Origin: Nitrososphaeria archaeon
GTDB taxonomy: Archaea > Thermoproteota > Nitrososphaeria > Nitrososphaerales > JAAOZN01
Length of the DNA: 64,000 nt
NCBI GenBank assembly: GCA_029775855.1
Contig: JARVJZ010000002.1
Coordinates: 95,800 to 159,799, forward strand
Reading direction: 5' to 3'
Below, one piece after another: positions 27,872-37,215 of this stretch. Made by a program: the position numbers and the translations under genes. How positions within the stretch are numbered: the stretch's first letter is position 1; each line of letters opens with the position of its first letter. A model generated the notes under the pieces. That model worked only from the letters and a program-made list of their open reading frames with translations, had not been told where the DNA came from and did no database searches.

Positions 27872-28029
27872 TAGAGTTCCCCCATTATATCTACCCACAT
27901 TTTATATTTATTAGCTTAATAATAGAGCCATTTATTAAAAAGTTTTGTGTAAAACCTTAGGAGAATCACCACTATAAGGGGATATAGTTAATAACCAGCG
28001 ATTAACCCACTCAACTTAAGGGTCTTAGT

Positions 28030-28290
28030 TTGCCGCAATTCAACATAAATGTCATCATAGAAAATAAGCCAACAATAAGAGACCCAGAAGGAGAAGTCAT
28101 AATGAGAGATCTCATGGTTAAAAACGGCTACACTCAAATAAAAGGCGTAAGAACAGCTAAACTCCTCAAGATCGTTGTAGAAGCGTCGAGCAGCCAAGAA
28201 GCAAAACAGATAGTATCAAAAATGTGTGATGAACTAAGAATCTATAACCCAGTTGTAAGCATCTGCTCAATAGAAGAAACAGGTGCCTAA
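28030..28290 (+). CDS. purS: Phosphoribosylformylglycinamidine synthase subunit PurS
   Basis: An 86-aa protein with [17 protein letters not shown] (the kpgv.DPqG pattern). It lies immediately upstream of purQ and overlaps it. Confidence 0.85.
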   Translation: MPQFNINVIIENKPTIRDPEGEVIMRDLMVKNGYTQIKGVRTAKLLKIVVEASSSQEAKQIVSKMCDELRIYNPVVSICSIEETGA

Positions 28291-28993
28291 ACAAATGCGT
28301 ATAGCAGTCATAGTATACCCCGGAAGCAACTGCGATAGAGATGTACACCATGTGCTAACCAATGTGCTTAAAGTGGAGGCTGATTTGGTATGGCACACTG
28401 ATGGAAATCTAAAAGAATACGATGGCGTCGTTTTGCCCGGCGGCTTCTCCTATGGCGACTATCTTAGGGCTGGTGTAATAGCCGCCTTCAGCCCAATTAT
28501 GCGTGAAGTTAAGAGGATGGCAGAAGAGGGTAAGCCAGTTTTAGGGATCTGTAATGGCTTTCAAATACTTGTTGAGTCAGGTCTTCTACCAGGTGTGCTT
28601 ATGAGAAATGTAGGGTTAAAGTTTGTGTGCAAGTGGGTAAATCTTAGGGTAGAGAACAATGAGACATTATTCACTAAGAGGTATACACAAGGACAGATTC
28701 TGAGCATGCCTATAGCCCACAATGAGGGTAGATATTATATTGACCCTGATGGGCTTAGTGAGTTAAAGAAGCATAACCAGATCGTCTTCCGATATGTTGA
28801 CGCAGATGGAAAATTGTCAGAAAGGGCCAATCCTAACGGTTCGCTTGAGGCGATAGCTGGTGTATGCAATAGAAGGGGGAATGTTCTTGGTCTTATGCCT
28901 CATCCTGAAAGGGCTTCTGAACCCATCTTGAGCCCAACTGGCGCTACTGATGGTTTGGAGATCTTTAAGTCGATGCTGAATTTAGGTGATTAA
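28283..28993 (+). CDS. purQ: Phosphoribosylformylglycinamidine synthase, glutaminase subunit
   Basis: Contains [21 protein letters not shown] (nucleophile Cys) and LMPHPER. Confidence 0.9.
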   Translation: MPKQMRIAVIVYPGSNCDRDVHHVLTNVLKVEADLVWHTDGNLKEYDGVVLPGGFSYGDYLRAGVIAAFSPIMREVKRMAEEGKPVLGICNGFQILVESGLLPGVLMRNVGLKFVCKWVNLRVENNETLFTKRYTQGQILSMPIAHNEGRYYIDPDGLSELKKHNQIVFRYVDADGKLSERANPNGSLEAIAGVCNRRGNVLGLMPHPERASEPILSPTGATDGLEIFKSMLNLGD

Positions 28994-28995
28994 AA

Positions 28996-31209
28996 TTGGA
29001 GCGTGAGAAGAAGCTTCGCTTAAATCTGACCGAAGAAGAAGTGGAGAGTCTCAGAAAGGCGCTTGGTAGAGAACCAAACGACCTAGAACTAGCTATGATT
29101 GACGCCGAATGGTCTGAACACTGCAGCTACAAATCCTCTAAACCCCTTCTGAAGCTACTACCCACTCAAGGAAAGCACGTTATTCTTGGCCCGGGATATG
29201 ATGCTGGCGTTCTGGATATAGGAGACGGCTATGTTCTCACCGCGCATATAGAGAGCCATAACCACCCCTCAGCCATAGATCCCTACGGTGGCGCAGCTAC
29301 AGGGGTTGGTGGGATACTTAGGGATATCATCTGTATGGGTACACGCCCTATAGCACTTCTGGACGTGTTAAGATTCGGCTCTATATCAGTAAGCAGCCAT
29401 TCAAGATGGCTCTTCAAGCACGTGGTTAGGGGAATAAGTGACTATGGGAACTGTGTGGGTGTGCCTACAGTTGGTGGAGAAGTTGAGTTCGACGAAACCT
29501 TCGAGAGAAACTGTCTGGTTGATGTAGTCTGCTTTGGTGTGGGGAAGAAAAGCGACCTTGTGCTTGCTGAGGCTAGGCATGTCGGTGATTCTATAATATT
29601 AATCGGCGGCTTAACTGGTCGAGATGGTCTGCACGGCTCATCATTCGCTTCAGCAGTTTTAACAGAAAGCTCTGAACAAGATAGGTCAGCGGTTCAGATA
29701 CCAGATCCCTTTGCTGAAAAGATGATTATGGAGGCAACGTTAGAATCTATAGGTACTGGTAGGGTAAGAGGACTAAAGGATCTAGGAGGAGGAGGATTGA
29801 GCTGCGGCTTATCTGAGATAGCAGACAAAGGAGGTACTGGTGTTGAGATCGAGCTTACACGAGTCCCCCTAAGTGAAGAGGATATGCATCCTATAGAGAT
29901 TATGATCTCAGAGTCCCAGGAGCGTATGCTCTTAGTTGTTGAAGGAGGCTATGAAGAGGAAGTAGCCAAGATATTCAGAAAATATGGTGTAAGATATTCT
30001 ATCATCGGTAAAGTAACTGATGATAAACATGTGACTGTGAAGAAAGCAGGAACGGTTTTAACGAAGATAAGGGCTGAGCTCCTCGCAAACGCTCCAATCA
30101 TTTACAGAAGAGCTGAGAAGCCTAAAAACATTGAATCATTGGCTAATACGCCGAGACCAGACGAACCCCACGACCTAGAAAAAACCCTCCTTCAACTTCT
30201 AAGCCTACCGAACATAGCTTCAAAGCAGTGGATCTACGAGCAATACGACCACGAAGTAGGCTTGAAGACGGTCATTAAACCCGGGCAGGCTGGAGCAGCT
30301 GTGCTACGCTTACCTAACAATAAATTCATTGCCGTCAGAGCTGATGGAAATTCTAAGCACTGCTACCTTGATCCTTACCACGGAGCCGCAGGCGTCTTCG
30401 CTGAGGCGTGTAGAAACGTTTTAGCCGTTGGTGCTAAGCCTATAGCTATGTTGGATCACCTCCAGTTCGGCGACCCTTCTAACCCAGAGGTATTCTGGGC
30501 GTTCAGCGAGTCTGTGAAGGGCATAGCTGATTACGCTAAAAACCTCAATATACCTTGCATAGGAGGGAAGGTGAGCTTCTATAACGAAGATAAGGTTAGC
30601 GGTAAAGCGATAAAACCCACACCAGTAGTAGCGGTAATAGGGTTAGCTGATGCTGTTGAGACATTGAAGAGTAACCGCTTGAGGGTGGGTTCAAGAATCC
30701 TAATATTAGGTGAAACTAAGCCTGAATTAGGTGGCTCTGAATATTATGAGGGTATACATGGTTTGGTAGGGGGAAAGGTGCCTAAAGTGGACTTTGAGTA
30801 TGAGAAAAGACTTCATAGATGCGTCTTAAAGATCGTATCTCTAGGTTTAGCTAAGAGCCTTGAAGATTTATCTAAAGGCGGGCTCGCAACAGCTTTGGCT
30901 GAACTAAGTATAAAATCAGGGGTTGGAATGAAGATAGATCTTAACAAAGTTCCTAATACATGTGAGCGGTTAGATGAAATCCTATTCTCAGAAACGCACG
31001 GAAGATTTGTAGCCGAAGCGAATGTAGGAGCAGAGGATAGAATAAAGAGAATCGCAGCGTCATTCAACATCCCTTGCGAAATTATAGGTGAAGTAGAAGG
31101 CGAGTATCTGTCATTCGAGAAAGGGGTGAAGAAGATTAAAGTGCAGTTACGCGAGTTAGAAGACACATGGAGATGCACAATACCTAAATTAATGGGTGAT
31201 GAGTGCTGA
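28996..31209 (+). CDS. purL: Phosphoribosylformylglycinamidine synthase subunit PurL
   Basis: Contains EWSEHCSYKSS, ESHNHPS and DYGNCVGVPTVGGE in 737 aa. Confidence 0.9.
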   Translation: MEREKKLRLNLTEEEVESLRKALGREPNDLELAMIDAEWSEHCSYKSSKPLLKLLPTQGKHVILGPGYDAGVLDIGDGYVLTAHIESHNHPSAIDPYGGAATGVGGILRDIICMGTRPIALLDVLRFGSISVSSHSRWLFKHVVRGISDYGNCVGVPTVGGEVEFDETFERNCLVDVVCFGVGKKSDLVLAEARHVGDSIILIGGLTGRDGLHGSSFASAVLTESSEQDRSAVQIPDPFAEKMIMEATLESIGTGRVRGLKDLGGGGLSCGLSEIADKGGTGVEIELTRVPLSEEDMHPIEIMISESQERMLLVVEGGYEEEVAKIFRKYGVRYSIIGKVTDDKHVTVKKAGTVLTKIRAELLANAPIIYRRAEKPKNIESLANTPRPDEPHDLEKTLLQLLSLPNIASKQWIYEQYDHEVGLKTVIKPGQAGAAVLRLPNNKFIAVRADGNSKHCYLDPYHGAAGVFAEACRNVLAVGAKPIAMLDHLQFGDPSNPEVFWAFSESVKGIADYAKNLNIPCIGGKVSFYNEDKVSGKAIKPTPVVAVIGLADAVETLKSNRLRVGSRILILGETKPELGGSEYYEGIHGLVGGKVPKVDFEYEKRLHRCVLKIVSLGLAKSLEDLSKGGLATALAELSIKSGVGMKIDLNKVPNTCERLDEILFSETHGRFVAEANVGAEDRIKRIAASFNIPCEIIGEVEGEYLSFEKGVKKIKVQLRELEDTWRCTIPKLMGDEC

Positions 31210-32645
31210 TAAAAGAGAAATGTGGCTTAGCTGCAGCGAGTTCGCAAAAAGAAGCGAATGTGCTACCCTTAATCGTCAACATGCTAAGGGCACTACAACA
31301 CAGAGGGCAAGAAGCTTGGGGTTTAGCAGTACCGGGCAAAGAACCTTGGCGAATGCTTGGTCTAGTCTCCGAAAGTTTGGGTAAAGCGGCTGCGATATGT
31401 GCTAGGTCCCCTTCACCATACGCAATAGGGCACACTAGATACTCTACTGTTGGAAGAACGGTGCTTGAAAATGTTCAACCAATGATGGTTGGTAGAGAGT
31501 TCGCCATAGCACACAACGGAACAATATCTAATACAGAAGAGATTGTTAGTAGACTCTCTAGCTACTATGATGTTCCGACGTGGGCTAGTGATACGCTGAT
31601 TGTTGGTTATAGGATTCATTACCTTCTATCGAAATTTAACGGGGATTGGTTTAAAGTCTTCGAGGAGCTCGCTCCTGAGCTAAATGGGGCATACTGCTTC
31701 ATAATCTTAACTAAAGCAGGCGAGGTCTACGCGGCTAGGGATGAAAGGGGTTTCAGACCTCTATGCTTAGGATGGCACGATGAAACATCATCTTATGTTG
31801 TGGCTTCAGAGTCTTGCGCTCTATCTGTTATAGGTGCTCAGTTGATTAGGGATGTTAAGCCTGGTGAGATCATTAGGATTAAGAGGGGGATTATTGAGAC
31901 ACATATGTTTGCAGAATCCGAGAGACCGGCTCATTGTGCATTTGAGTATACTTACTTTGCTAATCCGAGCTCTACGCTAGATGGTGTAAGTGTGTATGAA
32001 GCGCGAAAGAGACTTGGTTACGAGTTAGCAAGATTGTATAAGATTGAAGCTGATATTGTGATACCAGTCCCAGATTCAGCAAGACCAGCTGCATTAGGAT
32101 TCTCTCAAGTCTCTGGTATACCGCTTGAAGAAGGGCTTATGAAAGACAGATACAGCAAGAAGGGGGGGCTCAGAAGCTTCATTGAGCCCGCTCTAAAAGA
32201 TCGGCTTGAAATAAACCGTTGGGTTCTTCCTGTAGAGCAGACAGTGCGCGGTAAAAGAGTCGTCCTTATAGATGATAGTATAGTTAGAGGGACGAGTTCA
32301 AGAACCATAATTAAGGCTCTGCGTAAAGCTGGGGCTAAATCTATCTCTCTGCTCTCAACTTACCCGCCTATACGTTATCCTTGCTTTGCTGGAATAGACT
32401 TTCCAACAAAAGAAGAACTTGTAGCTCACAAAATAGGTAGTGATGTAGAAGATCTAGCTGAGATAAACAAGAGGGTAGCAGAAGAAGTAGGCGCGGACTT
32501 TGTAGGCTACAATACACTCGAAGGGCTTGCCAAAGGCATATGTAAACCGCTTACAGATCTATGCACCTCATGCCACACAGGCAACTACTCTTGCCTAAAG
32601 AAGACGCCTCAATACACTCAACGCATGAAGAAGGGAAGATGGTGA
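31203..32645 (+). CDS. purF: Amidophosphoribosyltransferase
   Basis: A short propeptide (MLIKEK) precedes CGLAA (Ntn Cys). Also has LQHRGQEAWG, CAFEYTYFANPSS and the VVLIDDSIVRGTS PRPP loop. Confidence 0.9.
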   Translation: MLIKEKCGLAAASSQKEANVLPLIVNMLRALQHRGQEAWGLAVPGKEPWRMLGLVSESLGKAAAICARSPSPYAIGHTRYSTVGRTVLENVQPMMVGREFAIAHNGTISNTEEIVSRLSSYYDVPTWASDTLIVGYRIHYLLSKFNGDWFKVFEELAPELNGAYCFIILTKAGEVYAARDERGFRPLCLGWHDETSSYVVASESCALSVIGAQLIRDVKPGEIIRIKRGIIETHMFAESERPAHCAFEYTYFANPSSTLDGVSVYEARKRLGYELARLYKIEADIVIPVPDSARPAALGFSQVSGIPLEEGLMKDRYSKKGGLRSFIEPALKDRLEINRWVLPVEQTVRGKRVVLIDDSIVRGTSSRTIIKALRKAGAKSISLLSTYPPIRYPCFAGIDFPTKEELVAHKIGSDVEDLAEINKRVAEEVGADFVGYNTLEGLAKGICKPLTDLCTSCHTGNYSCLKKTPQYTQRMKKGRW

Positions 32646-32646
32646 A

Positions 32647-33966
32647 ATGCCCGGCATAATAGGATTCTACCCATTCGGCGAAGGTAGAGAAAACTGGGAT
32701 GCATCAAGATTCCTCTACTATGGGTTAACGGCGCTGCAAGGAAGAGGAGAAGCTTGCACAAGCATAGCACTACTAGAAAGCGAATCTAAAAAGATAAACA
32801 TCTACAAAGATAACACACATGTAGAAGAATTCTACAAACGCCTTTCAGAGAATAAAGTAAGAGGCTTCATAGGTATAGGCCAAGTCTCACCAAACGAAGA
32901 CGACGGCTTAATAGAGGTTAAAGAACCCATTAGACTAGTCTTAGCTGGAGACGGTAAGCCTGGCTACCAGGGCAATAGAGTTGAAGCATTCTATAAGCTC
33001 GCACAGAGGCTTTCAACACTTCTAACCGAGAGGGAAGACCCTCTTGATGCAGCTACTCAGATCATTAAAGAGGCCGGTATAGGATTCTCTTTTGTTGCTC
33101 TAACAGAGAGAGAGGAGATGATATGCTGCAGAGACCCTTTTGGTGTTAAACCTCTTGAGGTTGGAGCAGTAGGTTTTGACCTAGGCATAGTATCTTCTGA
33201 AAGCGCGGCTTTAGATGTTGTAGGCGCTGTCCACTCCGGACCTATCCAAGCCGGCGAATGTGTAGTGTTTGACCCTTTAAGCATTAGGCGTCGAAATATA
33301 CCAAATTCAGAGAGTAGAGCGTATTGCGCATTTGAATACGTTTACTTAGCTCGGGTTGATTCGTTGTTAAACGATATGCCTATTTACAATGTGAGAGAGA
33401 GGATAGGTGAGATTCTCGCAGAAGAGAAAGAGGCTGAGGGGGATGTTGTGATAGGTATACCTGAGACCGCATTGCCATTCGCTTTAGGCTATTCAAATAA
33501 GACATCAATACCTGTAAAGCTTGGGTTTATGAGAACTGGTAGGCACATCAGATCAGCACTTAAGCCCACACAGTTCGAGAGGATAATGGGTGTGCAACTA
33601 AAGTTAAACCCAATTAAAGCAGCTGTAGATGGTAAAGACATCATACTCATAGATGATAGCGTTGTTAGAGGGAATACCCTAAAGAATACTGTTTTGAATC
33701 TAAGGAGGAAGGGTGCTAAAAGAGTTCACGTGAGGGTAGGCAGCCCAGCCATCATATCACACTGTCCCTTCGGCACAGAAGTCCCACCTATAGATGAACT
33801 TATAGGAAGAGCGTTATCAGAAGAGGAGATCGCTGAGATAATAGGTGCTGATAGCTTCGCTTATCTCTCAATAGAAGGCTTGCTTAAAGCTATAGGTCTA
33901 CCTAGAGACAGACTATGTTTAGGATGCTTTACAAGCGAATATCCAAACAAGGAGGTTAGAAAATGA
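32647..33966 (+). CDS. Amidophosphoribosyltransferase paralogue lacking the N-terminal nucleophile Cys
   Basis: It is collinear with PurF (CAFEYVYLARVDS, DIILIDDSVVRGNT). However, the N-terminus is MPGIIG instead of (M)CGI, and LQGRGEA replaces LQHRGQE. Confidence 0.8.
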   Translation: MPGIIGFYPFGEGRENWDASRFLYYGLTALQGRGEACTSIALLESESKKINIYKDNTHVEEFYKRLSENKVRGFIGIGQVSPNEDDGLIEVKEPIRLVLAGDGKPGYQGNRVEAFYKLAQRLSTLLTEREDPLDAATQIIKEAGIGFSFVALTEREEMICCRDPFGVKPLEVGAVGFDLGIVSSESAALDVVGAVHSGPIQAGECVVFDPLSIRRRNIPNSESRAYCAFEYVYLARVDSLLNDMPIYNVRERIGEILAEEKEAEGDVVIGIPETALPFALGYSNKTSIPVKLGFMRTGRHIRSALKPTQFERIMGVQLKLNPIKAAVDGKDIILIDDSVVRGNTLKNTVLNLRRKGAKRVHVRVGSPAIISHCPFGTEVPPIDELIGRALSEEEIAEIIGADSFAYLSIEGLLKAIGLPRDRLCLGCFTSEYPNKEVRK

Positions 33967-35480
33967 AGATATTAGGGGTAGGTTCAGGAGCCAGAGAGCA
34001 CGCAATAGCCAAGAAACTCTCCTTAAGCATATACAACCCAAAGATTTACTGGATAGGTGAAAACAAGAACCCTGGTATAGTAAGGATATGTATGAAGAGT
34101 GGAGGGGAGTTCATACAAGGCAGCACCACCGACCCTGAAGTAGTAAGCTCAACGGCAAAGAGGTTTAATGTTGACTTTGTATTCATAGGTCCAGAGGAAC
34201 CTAACTTTCACGCTGTCCCAGATCACTTGGAGCGTCTAAAGATACCCTGTATAGGTGCTAACAGAAGCGTAGCCTTAATCGAGATGTCGAAGGCTGAGAT
34301 GCGGCGCCTACAATGGGAGTATGATATCCCCGGTAAACTGCTCTTTCAGACATTTAAATCCGCTGAAGAAGCCTACTTGGTTTTGGAGAAATACGCTGAT
34401 TCACTAACTTGGCTACAAAACGTCGCTTTAAAGCCAGCTAGGCAGGCTGGTGGAAAGGGTGTAAAGGTTGTTGAGGATAGGCAGATTTACCTCCACGAGG
34501 AGAAGCAGAAGTTCAAGTCTAAGCATGTAAGTTGGCTTGAAGGATATATGCGTGGCTACGGCGACATTGAAGATAAGATTCTGGTTGAAGAAAACGTCTG
34601 GGGGCCGGAGTATACCCTACAATGCTTTACCGATGGCACAACGGTGCTTGGTATGCCGATGGTGCAGGATAATAAGAATGCCCACGAATTTGATATCGGA
34701 ACTGAGACAGGCGGTATGGGCTCCATCTCTGGGCCTGGTATGTGCTTACCTTTTCTGACTATAAGAGAATACGAAGATTCTATTCGCATAATCGGGAAGA
34801 TGGTTTCAGCCATACAAGATAAGACGGGTAAGAGGTATCATGGCGTAGTTGCTGGGCAGATGATGCTCACCGAAGTTGAAGGACCAACCATCATAGAGAT
34901 GTATAGCAGGCTAGGTGACCCCGAGGCGCTGAACGTGCTACATACACTTAAAACTGATCTAGTTGAAGTCTGCTTAGCGATAATTGATGAAAGGCTCAGC
35001 AAAATAAGATTAGAGTTTGAGGATAAAGCGGTGGTGGTGAAAGCTATAGCGCCCAAAGGATACCCAGATAACAGAAGCCTTGCAATAGGGCATCCTGTCG
35101 CTGTAGACGAAGCCAAGGTATCCGAGATTGGTTGCGAGTTATTCTGGGCTTCGTGTAATCTTCACGAAGACGGTAGGATTACTACCGCTGGTTCAAGGCT
35201 TGTTGAAATACTTGCAGAAGGCGAAACGTTGCCAGTAGCCTCCGCTCAAATAGAGAAAGCCATACCCTACGTAAAGCTTACAGATGGATGGGGTCTATTC
35301 CACAGAAGCGACATAGGCTCTGAAGCGCTTCTGAAGAGGAGAGAAGAACTTGCGGAAAGAGTTAGAAGGCTCTACCTCTATAGAGTGGAAAAAGGGACTG
35401 TGGGCAAAAGAGTAGATTGGCTTCCTGGTGTAGGTAAAGTAGATCCAGTAAGCATATTGAAAAATGGGTTGAGACGTTGA
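33963..35480 (+). CDS. purD: Phosphoribosylamine-glycine ligase (long form)
   Basis: The N-terminus is KILGVGSGAREHAIAKKL, followed by an ATP-grasp core. At 505 aa it carries a C-terminal extension. Confidence 0.85.
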   Translation: MKILGVGSGAREHAIAKKLSLSIYNPKIYWIGENKNPGIVRICMKSGGEFIQGSTTDPEVVSSTAKRFNVDFVFIGPEEPNFHAVPDHLERLKIPCIGANRSVALIEMSKAEMRRLQWEYDIPGKLLFQTFKSAEEAYLVLEKYADSLTWLQNVALKPARQAGGKGVKVVEDRQIYLHEEKQKFKSKHVSWLEGYMRGYGDIEDKILVEENVWGPEYTLQCFTDGTTVLGMPMVQDNKNAHEFDIGTETGGMGSISGPGMCLPFLTIREYEDSIRIIGKMVSAIQDKTGKRYHGVVAGQMMLTEVEGPTIIEMYSRLGDPEALNVLHTLKTDLVEVCLAIIDERLSKIRLEFEDKAVVVKAIAPKGYPDNRSLAIGHPVAVDEAKVSEIGCELFWASCNLHEDGRITTAGSRLVEILAEGETLPVASAQIEKAIPYVKLTDGWGLFHRSDIGSEALLKRREELAERVRRLYLYRVEKGTVGKRVDWLPGVGKVDPVSILKNGLRR

Positions 35481-36100
35481 CTATACATATAGGTGTGCTT
35501 GCTTCTGGAAGAGGCTCGAACCTCCAAGCTATAATTGATGCGATAAAATCCGGATACATAAAGAACGCTGAGATCAAAGTTGTGATAAGTGATAAAGCGG
35601 ATGCATATGCTCTAGAAAGGGCTAGAGCAGCATACATACCCGCGGTTTACATAGACCCGACACCCTACAAGGGGCGTAGAGAAGAATACGATAAGTTGAT
35701 TATTAATACACTCATAGAGCACGGTGTCACCCCTGATAATGGTCTTGTGCTTTTAGCTGGCTACATGAGAATACTTTCACAGCCGATTATTCAGTTATAC
35801 AAGATGCGTATCCTTAACATTCACCCATCACTCTTACCAGCCTTCCCAGGCTTAAAGGCGCAGAAGCAAGCTTTAGAGTATGGTGTTAAATACAGCGGCT
35901 GCACAGTTCACTTCGCTGATGTAGAGGTGGATAAGGGTCCTATAATACTGCAGGCAGTCGTTCCAGTGTATGATGATGACACTGAAGAGTCGTTGAGCGA
36001 GAGGATATTAAGGGAGGAGCATAGAATCTACCCTGAGGCTGTAAAGCTCTTTGTAGAGGGAAGGTTAAAGATAGAGGGTAGAAGAGTAAAGATACTTTAG
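35477..36100 (+). CDS. purN: Phosphoribosylglycinamide formyltransferase
   Basis: Contains VLASGRGSNLQAI, NIHPSLLPAFPG and VHFADVEVDKGPII. Confidence 0.9.
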   Translation: MTIHIGVLASGRGSNLQAIIDAIKSGYIKNAEIKVVISDKADAYALERARAAYIPAVYIDPTPYKGRREEYDKLIINTLIEHGVTPDNGLVLLAGYMRILSQPIIQLYKMRILNIHPSLLPAFPGLKAQKQALEYGVKYSGCTVHFADVEVDKGPIILQAVVPVYDDDTEESLSERILREEHRIYPEAVKLFVEGRLKIEGRRVKIL

Positions 36101-37137
36101 CTCTTCACGCTCTCTTTAAGCTTCTCTTCAATTATGCCGAGTGAGACCTTCTGCTGATCTATGTGTATAGTCATCTTTGGTGAAAGGAAGCTTATCTTTA
36201 TCGAGCCTAAGCATCCTGGGTATTTCTTAGCGTAGAGGTCTTCCCACCTCAAATAATCTTCGACGCTCTTGTAGCAGCCGAAGAGCAGCATGTTGTATCT
36301 GCCTTCACTTATATGGTAGGCTAGAGTTACATGCGGATCTTGAATAATCTGATTCGACACATCAGCTACAGCGCTCCTAACCTCAACCAAAGCTAATACT
36401 AGTAGATAGTTTGGTGGGACAAAAAAGTGTGGGAATCTGCACAGAGGATTCAAGATAACACCTTTTGCCTCTAACCTATTAAGCCTATTTATCACAGACC
36501 TTCTACTTACTTTCAGCTCTTTTGCCAATAGGGATTCGTTGATTCTTACACCTTCCCCTTTTAAAAGAGCTTTTAAAACTTGAACGCCTACTTCATCAAT
36601 CTTATAACCATTTACTTCAACCGAGCCTTCTGCTTGAAATTCTCTTTCGATGAGTTCAATCGATGTGCTTGGCTCATACTTGAATATCGCTTTATTTGAG
36701 AAGTAGTAGTTGTGCGAAGGAGCTCGTTTGCTTCTCTCAGGTATCTTCCCCTCTCTAACTATCTTCTCCCTCCAGAGGTGGTAGTCCCATACATCTTTAT
36801 GAAACTCAAAGATGACTGTGTTGCTCTCGCCTTCCCTAATCCTATAGGCTGCAAATATGTTCCTATCATTCTTTAACCACTCAACCGTCTTCTCATCATA
36901 AGGTAAATCAGCATAAGAGATTACAAGTAAAGGATATTCTTGAAAGAGCGCCTTAAAGGGGTAAACTGGTCTATCAATCACACCATAGCTCAATAGAGCC
37001 TTAACCCTATCTCTTATTGTATTTTTATGCCTCCCTAATCTCCTTGAGAGGCCGGCGATATTCACCTCTACACCATACCCAGAGCACACTCTTTTAAGAA
37101 GCATGAGATCCATTAGATCGTAGGTGTATCCAGACAT
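36097..37137 (-). CDS. Putative transcriptional regulator with two winged-helix HTH modules
   Basis: Two HTH-like segments are present: IAGLSRRLGRHKNTIRDRVKALLSYGVI and ESLLAKELKVSRRSVINRLNRLEAKGVI. It is convergent with purN, with a 4-nt overlap. Confidence 0.6.
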   Translation of the reverse strand: MSGYTYDLMDLMLLKRVCSGYGVEVNIAGLSRRLGRHKNTIRDRVKALLSYGVIDRPVYPFKALFQEYPLLVISYADLPYDEKTVEWLKNDRNIFAAYRIREGESNTVIFEFHKDVWDYHLWREKIVREGKIPERSKRAPSHNYYFSNKAIFKYEPSTSIELIEREFQAEGSVEVNGYKIDEVGVQVLKALLKGEGVRINESLLAKELKVSRRSVINRLNRLEAKGVILNPLCRFPHFFVPPNYLLVLALVEVRSAVADVSNQIIQDPHVTLAYHISEGRYNMLLFGCYKSVEDYLRWEDLYAKKYPGCLGSIKISFLSPKMTIHIDQQKVSLGIIEEKLKESVKS

Positions 37138-37215
37138 TGAGCTTTTACTCCCTATTAAATAGAAGTGGTAATTTAAAAGTAGTTAGTAGAGGAGGAATCT
37201 AATGCGCTTCGAATG

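Noticed and set aside
27872-28029. A 158-bp AT-rich leader upstream of purS, considered as a possible purine-responsive riboswitch
   Set aside because: I could not find the conserved purine-riboswitch junction or loop-loop elements or a convincing three-way junction. It more likely holds a promoter (several TATA-like runs). An Rfam scan would be needed to say more.
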